Positions 26,990-36,847 of a DNA stretch of 53,620 bases are shown here, piece by piece. The stretch lies in IMG/VR virus record IMGVR_UViG_3300045953_000088, positions 1 to 53,620 of that record; one strand, given 5' to 3'. Within the stretch, counting starts at the first letter, position 1. Each line of letters opens with the position of its first letter. The position numbers and the translations under genes are program-made. The notes beneath the pieces were generated by a model that worked only from the letters and a program-made list of their open reading frames with translations, did no database searches and was not told the origin of the DNA. This DNA is from a virus (taxonomy: Duplodnaviria > Caudoviricetes).

Positions 26990-28422
26990 CAGACCAGCCC
27001 CCCGTTTAGGTTGACGGGGCGCAGTAGAGCGCCGCCTGAGTCTTCGTGTTGCACAGCGCCAATGTCGGGGTAGCCGACCGTGCCACCGTCGTAGGTTGCA
27101 TCGGTCAACGTGAATGCACCTCGCCCCGCGTTCTTAGCCGCTGCGAGCGTAATTCGGAAATCGCCCTCGTCTGGATTTGCCCACGGCGTCACGTCGGAAG
27201 CGTAGGTGACAGTTGCAATCTCTTCAACGACAGAAGTTACTGGAATATTTGTTGTTCCAGATGTGTTTGCTTGTGTCCCAGAACCGAATCCACAATTGCT
27301 CAGAAAAACAATGGCGTTGGCACTGTTAACTTGTAACCCATATCCACCATTCTTTACAAAGTTGCAGTTTTCTAGCAGCACGAAATTTTGAACTGAACCA
27401 TCCACACCGTGAGAAACGTTGTCGTAAAAATCGCATGCTCGCAAAGAAAACAAACCGCTATTATCGCTATAGCCAATACCACTACCGCCATTTTTGAACG
27501 AAGCGCAACTTTCTAAGACTGCCTTGGTTGCGAAGCCCGCCGAAGAAAAACCATGACTCCCGTTATCGTGCGATATGCACCTTCGACAGTAAACGGCACT
27601 TCGTAATTCAAAACCGATGCCAACGTTGTCGTATGCTTCACACTCTATAAAGTTTCCCCCTGCATGAGCAAAAACACCGCTCCCCTTCATTCCTTTGAAC
27701 ACGCACCTTGTAAATGTGGTAATGCTAGAATTTCCTCCATCCCCATTTCGCACTCCTGACTCTGTTCCAGTCGCCCCATTATTCTGAAAAACCAAGTCAA
27801 GGAAACTGATACTAAGGCAGTTAACAATTTGCAAAAGGATATAGCTACTTCCAGAAGTGCCACCGTCTATAGTGGCTTTCCCTAAGTCTCCATAGCTCGA
27901 TGAAAAACCTTGGAAGACAGTAACGCCATTGTAATCGTTTGGAATTTGCATCGCCGCTGTCACATCGTAATTAGCATCGTTCCTAAAATTAACTCGCGTT
28001 CGATGGTCGCTTGAATTACGGAGCGTGCTTTGCACGAAATCGAACGGAAAGTCTTCACTACCATTCGGTCCCTTCCAAGCTCCGCCTATCTTGAGCGTCC
28101 GATTTCCAGTCCCGTCCGTTGGTGCAGATCCAGCCTTAGCAGACAGGCTGACAGTGATCGTTGTCGCATCGCGTGCCGTCACACGACCAACAAACCCAGT
28201 GACCGTCGAGCCGTCCGCGTACACGCTTGCGAAGTCGCCTACCGCAACGCCATCGCTAGAAGGGTTGCCTGATGCGACCGTGAACACGCCGGTCGATTGC
28301 ACCCAATTGCCGCTGGCATACGTGAAATCCGCCGACGTGCCAGGAACGGTGGAATTGCCCGTCCGCGTTCCCGCGTTCAGGTTGCTTCCTCCGGATCGGC
28401 AGCAGAATTCCGTGAATGCCAC
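26989..28422 (-). CDS. Right-handed beta-helix (pectin lyase-like) tail spike / receptor-binding protein
   Basis: C..x.NG..G beta-helix repeats; C-terminal GDFRI...DIGAVQ. Confidence 0.75.
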   Translation of the reverse strand: MAFTEFCCRSGGSNLNAGTRTGNSTVPGTSADFTYASGNWVQSTGVFTVASGNPSSDGVAVGDFASVYADGSTVTGFVGRVTARDATTITVSLSAKAGSAPTDGTGNRTLKIGGAWKGPNGSEDFPFDFVQSTLRNSSDHRTRVNFRNDANYDVTAAMQIPNDYNGVTVFQGFSSSYGDLGKATIDGGTSGSSYILLQIVNCLSISFLDLVFQNNGATGTESGVRNGDGGNSSITTFTRCVFKGMKGSGVFAHAGGNFIECEAYDNVGIGFELRSAVYCRRCISHDNGSHGFSSAGFATKAVLESCASFKNGGSGIGYSDNSGLFSLRACDFYDNVSHGVDGSVQNFVLLENCNFVKNGGYGLQVNSANAIVFLSNCGFGSGTQANTSGTTNIPVTSVVEEIATVTYASDVTPWANPDEGDFRITLAAAKNAGRGAFTLTDATYDGGTVGYPDIGAVQHEDSGGALLRPVNLNGGLV

Positions 28423-28425
28423 GTT

Positions 28426-28782
28426 TTAGACTCCAGGTGCCCGAACGCAGGCGTCCATCAGCGAAGGCCATTGTGTCGCCAGATCGTTCACTGCCGCGAT
28501 GCGTTCGGCGTCGTTGGCGAAGTCATTCTCCACGACCTTGATGAACTGCGAAATCCAGGTGTTGAAAGCGAGAACGTGGTCCGGTGTCAAAAGCGTCGGC
28601 GGCCCGTCCGTCCGGTTATCTGTCCACGTCGCATTTTCCGGAGGATCACAGGCATCGTAAACATCATCAATGGCCTGCTTGTTGTCCAAGGACAGAAGGT
28701 ACAACGCCCTCGCTTTCTCCGCAAAGGGACGGACGCGGTCGTTGACGTAGACCTGAACTTGTTGATCGGTTGCTTGTGGCAT
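28426..28782 (-). CDS. Hypothetical protein
   Basis: GGAGG RBS. Confidence 0.6.
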   Translation of the reverse strand: MPQATDQQVQVYVNDRVRPFAEKARALYLLSLDNKQAIDDVYDACDPPENATWTDNRTDGPPTLLTPDHVLAFNTWISQFIKVVENDFANDAERIAAVNDLATQWPSLMDACVRAPGV

Positions 28783-28799
28783 ATCGCCTCCAGTGAAAC

Positions 28800-28828
28800 A
28801 AAAAAGGCGGCGCGTTTCCGCGTCGCCT
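28800..28828 (-). terminator. Intrinsic terminator
   Basis: AGGCGACGCG-GAAA-CGCGCCGCCT followed by TTTTT. Confidence 0.65.
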
Positions 28829-28966
28829 CACTGAAGGCCACGAAGGTCAGTGCCTCCCCCAACAATCCATGTTGAGTTTGGCCCTCCCCGAAACGGCGCG
28901 AAATTTCGCACCGCCTTTTCGATTTATCGCAGGTATTTTACCGCCTGCGATTTGTTTAGTCAAACA

Positions 28967-30580
28967 TCACGCCATCTGCTTCGTCGCTTGCATAACGGCG
29001 CGAAGCGCGGCCAACTGCACCGCAATGCTCGCAAAGTTATCGTTTATGTTTCCGTCATCGCCCGTGCCGCTCACGGCGTTGAGCGTGCCGCCTGGTGTGC
29101 CGCCGGTTGAGTCACCCAAGGCGCCATAATCAGCTTCTTGCACGACCGTCAGCGGGTCGCCTGTGGCCGCTTGAATGACCATGCCCGGGCCGGTTGCCGA
29201 CAAGTCGCTGCCAGTTCCCCCTTCAGCAACTCCAGGTCCAGTCGTCGCACGATCCGCGAGCTCGTCAAGCGCCTCTTGAATTGTTTCTGGCGTGGAATCC
29301 CAATCTCCAGCGTCGCCAGGCACGTAAGCCAATGCCGCGCATCCTTCAAGATATTGCACGCGGTAGGCGATGCTTCCAACAGCCATCTCGTCGCCGATGT
29401 CCGCGCCTTTCTGGATGCCCTTTAGTTGGAGAACAAAATCCGTCCCGTTCGTCACGGAATCCACAACGCCGGATAGATACGCATCATCGCCATGCTCAGT
29501 TGTTGTTCCCAAGATGATGACCGTATCGCCCGCAGTTAGACCTGAAGTGTTTCCAATTTCCACTGTCACAGTGCCGTCCAAGGCCGGAATCGTGAAAGCG
29601 GCAGTCACCGAGCCGTCAACGATTGTAGGTGTAACCGAAGTTGTGATGGCTGCTATTGTAACTGGGTTGATTTCGCGGAAGACGAAAACGGTGTCCGCTG
29701 TGCTCGCGACTTCATCGAGTGGCTTCATCAAACTAAAGTAGCCGCCGCCGCCGAAACGAGGGTCTACGGTATGCTCCACAGAATAGCACGCCAACGGCAA
29801 CTCCGTTATGCCGTGGATGATGCCCGTCTTCCACTCAGTGTCGGATTGTGTATGCGAGATTTGCCAACCAGCGGCTGCGGCCGGCGTCCCGATTTCGGAA
29901 CGCTTTTGACCCTTGCCCGTTTGAACGGAATTGACATTGAGGATACCAGGCGTCGAGGTTGACCAATCGGAGACGCTGCCGCCCGAAGTTTTCGTGACGA
30001 TGTAAATGCCGCCGAGCGGATTCAGCAAGACGTGAACTCGCTCGCCACTGGCAATGGTGCTGGTCGAGGCATTGTAAATGGTTTCTTCACGATGTTCATC
30101 CTCGTTGAGGTCATAGTCCTCATCTGGATTCAACATCGCCTTCGAAATATACGCCGTGCCGCGGCCGAGTGTGAAAACGATCAAATTGACATCCGCATTG
30201 TCGGAATGCGCCGCCGGGGATGTACCGTTGTAGCCCCGTTCAATTTGGATCGTGGAAATGCCTGGTGCCGCGAGCACAAGAATGTCTTCGCTGTCGATGC
30301 GAACAACAAACACGCGGTCCGGAAAATCGGCAATTGAATCGACCGTTATCGTTGTTTGTGAATCGCTGATGGCACCGTTGAGCTGCGTGATCGCCGTCGT
30401 CACTGTCGCCGCCGCACTGATCGTGCTCGTGGTGAGAGCGAGATATGTTTCAATGACGGCTGCGCCGCTGATTGCGCGTGCACCATCTGCAGGCTTCAGT
30501 CGTGATCCGCCTTCGAATTCTTCCAGCATCCGGCGCAAACGGTCAATCTGTTCGCCGGTCAATCCATAAAGATCGTCCAT
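28967..30580 (-). CDS. Tail tip / fibre protein
   Basis: Beta-rich, RGYNGT domain, C-terminal trimerisation-like helix. Confidence 0.65.
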   Translation of the reverse strand: MDDLYGLTGEQIDRLRRMLEEFEGGSRLKPADGARAISGAAVIETYLALTTSTISAAATVTTAITQLNGAISDSQTTITVDSIADFPDRVFVVRIDSEDILVLAAPGISTIQIERGYNGTSPAAHSDNADVNLIVFTLGRGTAYISKAMLNPDEDYDLNEDEHREETIYNASTSTIASGERVHVLLNPLGGIYIVTKTSGGSVSDWSTSTPGILNVNSVQTGKGQKRSEIGTPAAAAGWQISHTQSDTEWKTGIIHGITELPLACYSVEHTVDPRFGGGGYFSLMKPLDEVASTADTVFVFREINPVTIAAITTSVTPTIVDGSVTAAFTIPALDGTVTVEIGNTSGLTAGDTVIILGTTTEHGDDAYLSGVVDSVTNGTDFVLQLKGIQKGADIGDEMAVGSIAYRVQYLEGCAALAYVPGDAGDWDSTPETIQEALDELADRATTGPGVAEGGTGSDLSATGPGMVIQAATGDPLTVVQEADYGALGDSTGGTPGGTLNAVSGTGDDGNINDNFASIAVQLAALRAVMQATKQMA

Positions 30581-31374
30581 CAGTTCTCATATACCTTTGT
30601 GTGAACTTTCGGCGTCCCCGCCGCGGCGATGGCTCGAATCACAACACCAGGGTAAACGCGTTCCACCGCGAACTTGCCAGCATTGACCTTTCCCCATGGC
30701 ATCATCACGCCGCCGATCTCTGGTCCGTAGATCACGTGATTGGCGGATGTGGTATCCAAGTTCTGAATGAACATGAGACCTGCCGTCGAGATGTTGCCCT
30801 GTGAAATCACGGTGCCCGCGGCGCTTTGTTTGAAGTTGATCGCGTCGGTGCCGACGACAGGCGCCGTCGTGTTCGTGACGCTGTAATGTCTCCCCGCATT
30901 GACGGTGCCGCCTTCGATGTAGACGCTGGCGCCTACGTATTCGCCTGTTACATCCATTGCCGTTACGCGCGTGAGAACGAACGGATTTGAGCCGTCGCCA
31001 ACTGTGGTCAACTCGTACAGACCGTTTTGCAATCCCGATGCCTGGTCCTTGACCAACAACTTTTGCATGGCGACGAGCGTGATGCCGTCCTGAGCCGCGA
31101 GCGCGCCATTCGAATTGCCAGTCAACGTGGCGCCAACTCCAGATGATCCGTTGGCGTACGTACATGCGGGAAGCGTTGTCGTCGTCGCTGCAGCAGCTGA
31201 TGGCTTCTGATTCTTGCCGTGTAAAGTTTCGCTGCCTGAAATCGCAGCGAGAGTTGTGATGTTGTCGGCAACGCCTTGAGCCGCCTGGTCCTCGGTGACC
31301 TGGCGACTGAACGGATCCGTGAAGTTCCCATTCGTCAGGTTGAAATTAAGTCCGATGTTGAATTCGTTGGACAT
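30580..31374 (-). CDS. Tail protein with inserted fibre-type domain
   Basis: DGITL...LLVKDQ...QNGLY domain embedded in the protein. Confidence 0.65.
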   Translation of the reverse strand: MSNEFNIGLNFNLTNGNFTDPFSRQVTEDQAAQGVADNITTLAAISGSETLHGKNQKPSAAAATTTTLPACTYANGSSGVGATLTGNSNGALAAQDGITLVAMQKLLVKDQASGLQNGLYELTTVGDGSNPFVLTRVTAMDVTGEYVGASVYIEGGTVNAGRHYSVTNTTAPVVGTDAINFKQSAAGTVISQGNISTAGLMFIQNLDTTSANHVIYGPEIGGVMMPWGKVNAGKFAVERVYPGVVIRAIAAAGTPKVHTKVYEN

Positions 31375-31383
31375 GTTCTTACC

Positions 31384-32658
31384 TCACTGCACAGCGGCAA
31401 ATGACTGCGGCAATCCCAAAGCCGCGAACGGCAGTCGGTTGTACGGCCTGATCGTGAAAAAGACTCCCGGCGAGTAGGCGTATTGCCAACCAGTCCCTGT
31501 TGTCGTTAATGCGATCCGTGCCCCGCCGGGCGTTGTAGAAACGTCGATCGCTTGTGCGCCGGCCGTGACGGTGTTACTGATCACGTAGTAAACGGTGTTG
31601 AAGCTCAATGGCGCCGGTGCAACAACGCTGCTCGGCGGGCTTCCTGTTGTTGGAATCGCGGTGAATTGAATCAAGTCGCCGACGTTGAACTTTTGAATTG
31701 GCGAAGTCGCGGCGATCGTCACGGCGCCCGGGCCGGCGCCGGTGACTGGAGTCCAGGGAACCCGATCGGGAAGCGGCATGCCGTATCCGTTGAGCGGAGC
31801 TGACGTGTCGTGACCATCTGCCGTCTTGATCTTGATTCGCCGAGCCGGAATTGCTCCAGCCGCTCCACCGGGAGAATTGACAGGCCGTTCCCAATAGTAG
31901 CTGCCGTAATCCAGAAGCTGGATGTCCCAGCCTGCCGGGTTGTACTCAGCGACATAGCTCACGCGCAAAAATGGGAATTTGTAAGGTGCAACTGGAATCT
32001 GCCGGTCCTGGCGTTCTGGGACAATTTCTTTGAATCGCCAGTAACCCGCTGGAAGTCCCCAAAACACGTCCGAATTGATGGCGTTCGTGTATAGCGCCGC
32101 GATGCCAGGCTGATTTGCGGCAATCGACTCGTTTCTCTGAATCTCCAACGTTGCAAACGTTTCAATGAACTTGGGCGGAGGATCGAACACCTCGCCGTTG
32201 CTTGCCGTGCACGGCTTAACAATGCCCGTCGTGTTGTCGTAAATCCGAGTCAACAGCGCCTCACGGCCGCTCGAATGCCACTTGACTGTCGGGATCTCGA
32301 GCAGAGGATTCGTGAATTCACCCGCCGTCCGCCGGCCAGTGCCAGCGCCGGCGTCACGATTGGAACGTCCTTCCTTCGTCTCAGGCGTTTCGTAGATCGC
32401 CTCGACGATCCACGTCAGTGTTTTCGAACTGCCCTGGCGTTTGGATTCGAAACGGGTAAGCACAAGCTCATCATTGCTCTCGCTGCCCCACGCGTAAGTT
32501 GAGTAGATCACTGGCAAACCTGGAGCACTCGCAACTGTGAGCGGGCCGTCGTTCTGGCTGTTGACGATGACACGATAGGGTACGCGCACCATCTGCCGAC
32601 CGAGGCCAAAATTACCCTCGGGCATGTTGATCGGTTCTGCGCTGCCAACCACTGACAT
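31384..32658 (-). CDS. Tail tip / distal tail protein
   Basis: Follows the tape measure; ASNGEVFDPP, NAINSD.FWG motifs. Confidence 0.65.
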   Translation of the reverse strand: MSVVGSAEPINMPEGNFGLGRQMVRVPYRVIVNSQNDGPLTVASAPGLPVIYSTYAWGSESNDELVLTRFESKRQGSSKTLTWIVEAIYETPETKEGRSNRDAGAGTGRRTAGEFTNPLLEIPTVKWHSSGREALLTRIYDNTTGIVKPCTASNGEVFDPPPKFIETFATLEIQRNESIAANQPGIAALYTNAINSDVFWGLPAGYWRFKEIVPERQDRQIPVAPYKFPFLRVSYVAEYNPAGWDIQLLDYGSYYWERPVNSPGGAAGAIPARRIKIKTADGHDTSAPLNGYGMPLPDRVPWTPVTGAGPGAVTIAATSPIQKFNVGDLIQFTAIPTTGSPPSSVVAPAPLSFNTVYYVISNTVTAGAQAIDVSTTPGGARIALTTTGTGWQYAYSPGVFFTIRPYNRLPFAALGLPQSFAAVQ

Positions 32659-34520
32659 TACAACCTCGCTCGGCGCATGACCGGTGCTTGTCGAAGTTCC
32701 GCTCGAATGTCTCGCAAGAATTCACCATGCTGCGCGAGTCGCTCGGCCATGGCACGTTGGTAAAAGTCCTGCGTCCCGCGCGTGCTATTGAGCAAAGAGA
32801 AAGCTCGTTCGCTTTCCCGCGTGACGGCGCCGTGATCGGTCTGGGCCTTGAGCAATCCAACCTCAAGCGGTCGAACCGCCTCTTGAACAACTGCCGCCGC
32901 TTGCTGAGCGTGGCGCAACAAACCGCCACCGAGCTCGAAATCCCACTGATGAACCTGAGCACGAATGGCGTCTTGGAAATTACCCAGGCCACGGGCGAGT
33001 GTGTTTTGGAGTCGGCGTATTTGTTGGTCCAGGCCACTGACACCCAAGTCCCGCTGGAACTCAAGCCACTTCAATTTGATGGCATTAATCGCCATATCCC
33101 AAACGTCCCTGATCCTGTCGAGGCTGACCTTGATCGCGGCCAGAACAGTCAGTGCCGCTGTCTTGATGTCATTCCAGCCGACGCCCATTGATCGGAACCA
33201 GTCCGCGAGAAAACTCATGTTAAATGCTTCCGCGATTCCAGTTGCAACTGCACGAAGCGCGTCCGCCGCAAACTCCCAAACGACTACCGCCGTACGTGCG
33301 ATCATGTCGTAAAAACTCGCGGCAATCTCGACTCCGAATTTTAGCCACGTAACGGCGACACGAAAGCCTTCGACAAACGATTGGCCCGTCCCCTCGAATA
33401 GTCGACTGTAAAAACTGAGAGGAGTAAAAACCTTAATCAGTGCACTACCCCACGAAACGATGAGGTTGCCAACCTCTGCGGCCAACGGGATGATCGCCAC
33501 GAACATTCCACCAATCGTTTCGCCGATCCGACTTATGAACCCCCAAAGCGGAGCAAACTTCTCAGCAATATTTGCCCCAAATGCTTCGAGGTATGGCTGC
33601 GCGGTCTGGAACATTGAGACAATTCTTTCTCCGATCGCTGATCCGACTCGTCCGATCGACTCCCAAACCGGCGCCAACATGATAGCCGCCTGACGACCAA
33701 TCCCCTGAATCGCCAGGCCAAATCCGTTCCATTCTTGTTCGGCGGCGCGCAAGGCCTTGGCTTGGGATTCCGACACGTCGAGGCCGAAACGCTGTACCCG
33801 CTCCTGTAACCGATCGAGCCCCGCCGTGCCGCCTTCGAGCAAGTCCATCATCGGCATGCTTCCGCGTCCAAACAGCGCACGCATCGCCTTGACACGCTCG
33901 ACCTGATCGCCGAGGTTCTCGTATCCGGCAGCGAGCATACGAATCTGTTGTTCGGCGGAGGCCAACTTCAATTGCTCTGGGTTGATCTGCATTGATTGCA
34001 GAGCAGCTTGAGCGGCCGGGGGAATTTCGTCGAGCAAACCCTGGAGGCGATAGACGAGATTGCCGACACTTTCAATGCTGTCGATGCCCGGCGCCAGGCT
34101 GTACGCAGTCAGGGCGCCGATCGACAATTCGAGGTTGTTCGCCAAGTCGTAGATGTGTTTGATGTCAGCGGCGCCACGCGAGGCCATCGCATGCAGCGAG
34201 ATACCAAAGGCTACGACGGCCGCGCCGGCAACGGCGATTGCACCGGCAATTGCCGCCGCTCCAAAACCGATAGACGTTGCCAGGCCCGCGAAAACGCTCT
34301 TCACGCTGAGAAGAGTGTCCTTGATTGGGAACCAAATGAAGCCGAATGTTCGCATGCCAGCGAGATCAGCGAGTGAGTTAAATGCGCTCTTGAGACCGTC
34401 ACTTTGCTTGCGAATTTCGTCACTAGTTTGGGCTGTGCGCGAACTCACGCGCTGCATGCCGGCGTCGTACGCCGAAACGTTTGCGTTTACGATGACGTCG
34501 AGATAGCCAGTGATGGCAAT
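32658..34520 (-). CDS. Tape measure protein (probable ATT start at 34520; first ATG at 34457)
   Basis: Ala/Gly-rich helical protein with ALFGRG motif, after the tail chaperones; frame open from IAITGYLDVIVNANVSAYDAGM. Confidence 0.85.
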   Translation of the reverse strand: MAITGYLDVIVNANVSAYDAGMQRVSSRTAQTSDEIRKQSDGLKSAFNSLADLAGMRTFGFIWFPIKDTLLSVKSVFAGLATSIGFGAAAIAGAIAVAGAAVVAFGISLHAMASRGAADIKHIYDLANNLELSIGALTAYSLAPGIDSIESVGNLVYRLQGLLDEIPPAAQAALQSMQINPEQLKLASAEQQIRMLAAGYENLGDQVERVKAMRALFGRGSMPMMDLLEGGTAGLDRLQERVQRFGLDVSESQAKALRAAEQEWNGFGLAIQGIGRQAAIMLAPVWESIGRVGSAIGERIVSMFQTAQPYLEAFGANIAEKFAPLWGFISRIGETIGGMFVAIIPLAAEVGNLIVSWGSALIKVFTPLSFYSRLFEGTGQSFVEGFRVAVTWLKFGVEIAASFYDMIARTAVVVWEFAADALRAVATGIAEAFNMSFLADWFRSMGVGWNDIKTAALTVLAAIKVSLDRIRDVWDMAINAIKLKWLEFQRDLGVSGLDQQIRRLQNTLARGLGNFQDAIRAQVHQWDFELGGGLLRHAQQAAAVVQEAVRPLEVGLLKAQTDHGAVTRESERAFSLLNSTRGTQDFYQRAMAERLAQHGEFLRDIRAELRQAPVMRRARL

Positions 34521-34523
34521 GAC

Positions 34524-34837
34524 TCACCTCAATCCACACTCGCGCAAAACATCTTCGACAGTCAGGTTTTCCGAGTCCCCTTGGTACGGATCAAGCCACG
34601 GAAGGAAATCCATCGGAATGACTTCAGACGCTCCTATGCCAGCGTTGACGTTCCGGAAATCTGCCAAGGCAATTGCCCAGAACGTGTCTTCTTTTTCCGG
34701 CGACAAATTGAACTGCAACGCGTATTTGACCCATCCCTGATATTGACCTGGTGTCAAGCTATCCTTCATGTGGTCAGGATGGTCCCAACGCTTTAACGCA
34801 TGGCAGAGGTGAAAGTCGATCGCCTCTGCCGGCGTCA
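34524..34837 (-). CDS. Tail assembly chaperone, frameshifted (gpGT-like) part
   Basis: The -1 frame from the slippery site continues into ORF 34524..34769. Confidence 0.75.
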
Positions 34838-35197
34838 GTTTTTTGAAAAGTCTCGATCGAGCCCAGACAGACGATTCATCACCGTCATAATTTTCACGAA
34901 GTCACTGGCCGATACGTCAAAATTAGCCTCAACGTCTACCGGATCGTCGAAGAGTTGCGTTCCGTTCTCATCAACCAGGCAGCACGACATGAGGAAGTAG
35001 CCCGCGTTCTTACGATCGCTTTCTGGTATCGATGGGTTTTGGAGGGTCTTAAGGTGCTCGACGTGTCGCTCGCCTTCGGGAACGGTCAGGCCGCGAACAT
35101 AAACGAATGTACTTTCGCCATGCTCCGGACCGAGAACAAATTTCTCTCGCTTGATCTTCGATTTGTCCGGTTTGCTGCCTTTTTGAAAGAGACCCAT
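34835..35197 (-). CDS. Tail assembly chaperone (gpG-like)
   Basis: VYVRGLT...CLVDENGTQLF...ends SKN. Confidence 0.8.
   Translation of the reverse strand: MGLFQKGSKPDKSKIKREKFVLGPEHGESTFVYVRGLTVPEGERHVEHLKTLQNPSIPESDRKNAGYFLMSCCLVDENGTQLFDDPVDVEANFDVSASDFVKIMTVMNRLSGLDRDFSKN
34838..34844 (-). other. -1 ribosomal frameshift slippery site A_AAA_AAC
   Basis: TCA AAA AAC TGA at the end of the chaperone gene. Confidence 0.8.
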
Positions 35198-35243
35198 AGC
35201 GAGGATTCCTTTGGTTGGAGAGAACCAAGACGCATCTGCGAGA

Positions 35244-35702
35244 TTATGTTTGCAGGCCCGGATTGCCCGAGATGTCGATCGTCACCGGCACGATGAGCGG
35301 CGACTTGACGTCCAGGTCAACGTCGCCAAGGTCAGTCACCCAGCCCTTGAACGTTTCCGATATGGCGTTGACGGCGCCGACGGCAGGATACGTGATCTGG
35401 AAGTTGGCCTCGGTGCCAGGGGGACCCGTGTCCGCCAGCGCTGCCGATAGCAAGCGGCTGTTATTCGTGTTGGAGGAATCGGACGGATCATAGTAGACGT
35501 TGAATTTTGTCTGCCCGGGCGTGATCTGTCCTTTACCCTTTGGGATGTACGTGTCCGATGCGATCGGACACGGAATTACTTCCGCCTTGCCCGTGCCGCG
35601 TTTGGTTCCACCGATGAGATAACCAAGCGCCGTGAAGTTCGAGCCACCGCTCCGGTCGATGCCGATCGTGATTCCAAGGCCGATGCGTCGTGTGAGTGAC
35701 AT
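35244..35702 (-). CDS. Tail tube (major tail) protein
   Basis: Size, position, and FKGWVT...VTIDISG.P ending. Confidence 0.75.
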   Translation of the reverse strand: MSLTRRIGLGITIGIDRSGGSNFTALGYLIGGTKRGTGKAEVIPCPIASDTYIPKGKGQITPGQTKFNVYYDPSDSSNTNNSRLLSAALADTGPPGTEANFQITYPAVGAVNAISETFKGWVTDLGDVDLDVKSPLIVPVTIDISGNPGLQT

Positions 35703-35714
35703 GACAATCTCCCA

Positions 35715-36320
35715 TCAGGAAAGAACGAGCGCTTGAACGGTCGCGACTCGATAGCCGTCATCCTCGTCAAGGAAACGAGGCTGATAATTGTCGGAGTGAT
35801 CCTCGAGGAAAACTCCCAAAGCAGTCGTGTTTCCGAACTCTCCTCGAAAACCATTCAATCCATGAATCGAAACGTTCGCATTGTTCGCGTGGTTCGCCGC
35901 TGTCGTCCCGTTGTATCCACGCGTCACCGTCGCCACGCTACTCGAGATTGCCGTGACCTTCATGTCCTCGGAATCGATCGTGATGACAAACGCTTTGTTC
36001 GTTGGCAAGCCGCTTGCATCGTCCAGGGTGATCGAAGCGACTGAGCTATTAACGGCACCGTCCAGCGTCGTTCGAACAACTCCGTTCTTGATTCGGTCCA
36101 TCAAGTCCTGAGTGTTATCCTCGTCGATCGCGGCTACCTCGATGTCAAAAACGGTTTCCTGCATTCCCAAGGCACCGCCCTGCAGCACTTCGCGATTGCC
36201 CCCGGACAACTCGTAATAGACTCGAGTCGGCAACTGTTCCATGCTGATGTTGCCCTTCTCGATCGGCGTGGCGGCCGGCATCAGCGTTAACAGCAGCGTT
36301 CGGAAGTCTTCGTCGATCAT
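35715..36320 (-). CDS. Tail terminator-like protein with inserted domain
   Basis: Position; P.VYY, FDIEV, LNGFRG motifs split by an RGYNGT domain. Confidence 0.65.
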   Translation of the reverse strand: MIDEDFRTLLLTLMPAATPIEKGNISMEQLPTRVYYELSGGNREVLQGGALGMQETVFDIEVAAIDEDNTQDLMDRIKNGVVRTTLDGAVNSSVASITLDDASGLPTNKAFVITIDSEDMKVTAISSSVATVTRGYNGTTAANHANNANVSIHGLNGFRGEFGNTTALGVFLEDHSDNYQPRFLDEDDGYRVATVQALVLS

Positions 36321-36844
36321 TTGGCTGTTACCGCTGCCTGTTTTTCAAGTTCACGAACGCACGTCGCAAGAATCGTCCGTTCCGCCTCGGCCGCGCTTTC
36401 CTTGAATGCTCGCCGCTGGTAATGCTGAGGCTCGATCCGCCATTTGAGTGCGTGGTACGAGACCGATCTTTCTTCATCTGTGACGCGAACGCCGCGGCCG
36501 CCAACCGTGATCTTCTTCGACGCCTTTCGAACTCGCACGCCTCTCGGCTGAACCTTGACACCGCCTTCAAGGAACATCGTGTAAGGCTGGCCCTCGGGTG
36601 TCTGAGCGAACAACACGACCATGAAACCGATGCGACCGCGTTTTCGTTTGAGTGCTCGAACCTTGATACTGGCAACCGCCTTGCCTGTTCGCCGCGGATA
36701 AATCGCACGAAGGTGATCAGCAACCACCTTGGCGCCAGCACGCAGACCCTTTCGAAAAATCGCCCTTCCTCGCCGGCCTGTGCTGAGCAGCGAGTGAGCC
36801 ATCTCCTGCAGCTCTTCCGAGCCTTCGAGCACGAATTCAGCCAT
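36317..36844 (-). CDS. HK97 gp10-like tail completion protein
   Basis: LRAGAKVV...P.RTG...FLEGG...PQHY.RRAF. Confidence 0.8.
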   Translation of the reverse strand: MAEFVLEGSEELQEMAHSLLSTGRRGRAIFRKGLRAGAKVVADHLRAIYPRRTGKAVASIKVRALKRKRGRIGFMVVLFAQTPEGQPYTMFLEGGVKVQPRGVRVRKASKKITVGGRGVRVTDEERSVSYHALKWRIEPQHYQRRAFKESAAEAERTILATCVRELEKQAAVTAK

Positions 36845-36847
36845 GAC

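Noticed and set aside
21800-30580. Diversity-generating retroelement in the tail genes
   Set aside because: No reverse transcriptase and no template/variable repeat pair is visible in the window.
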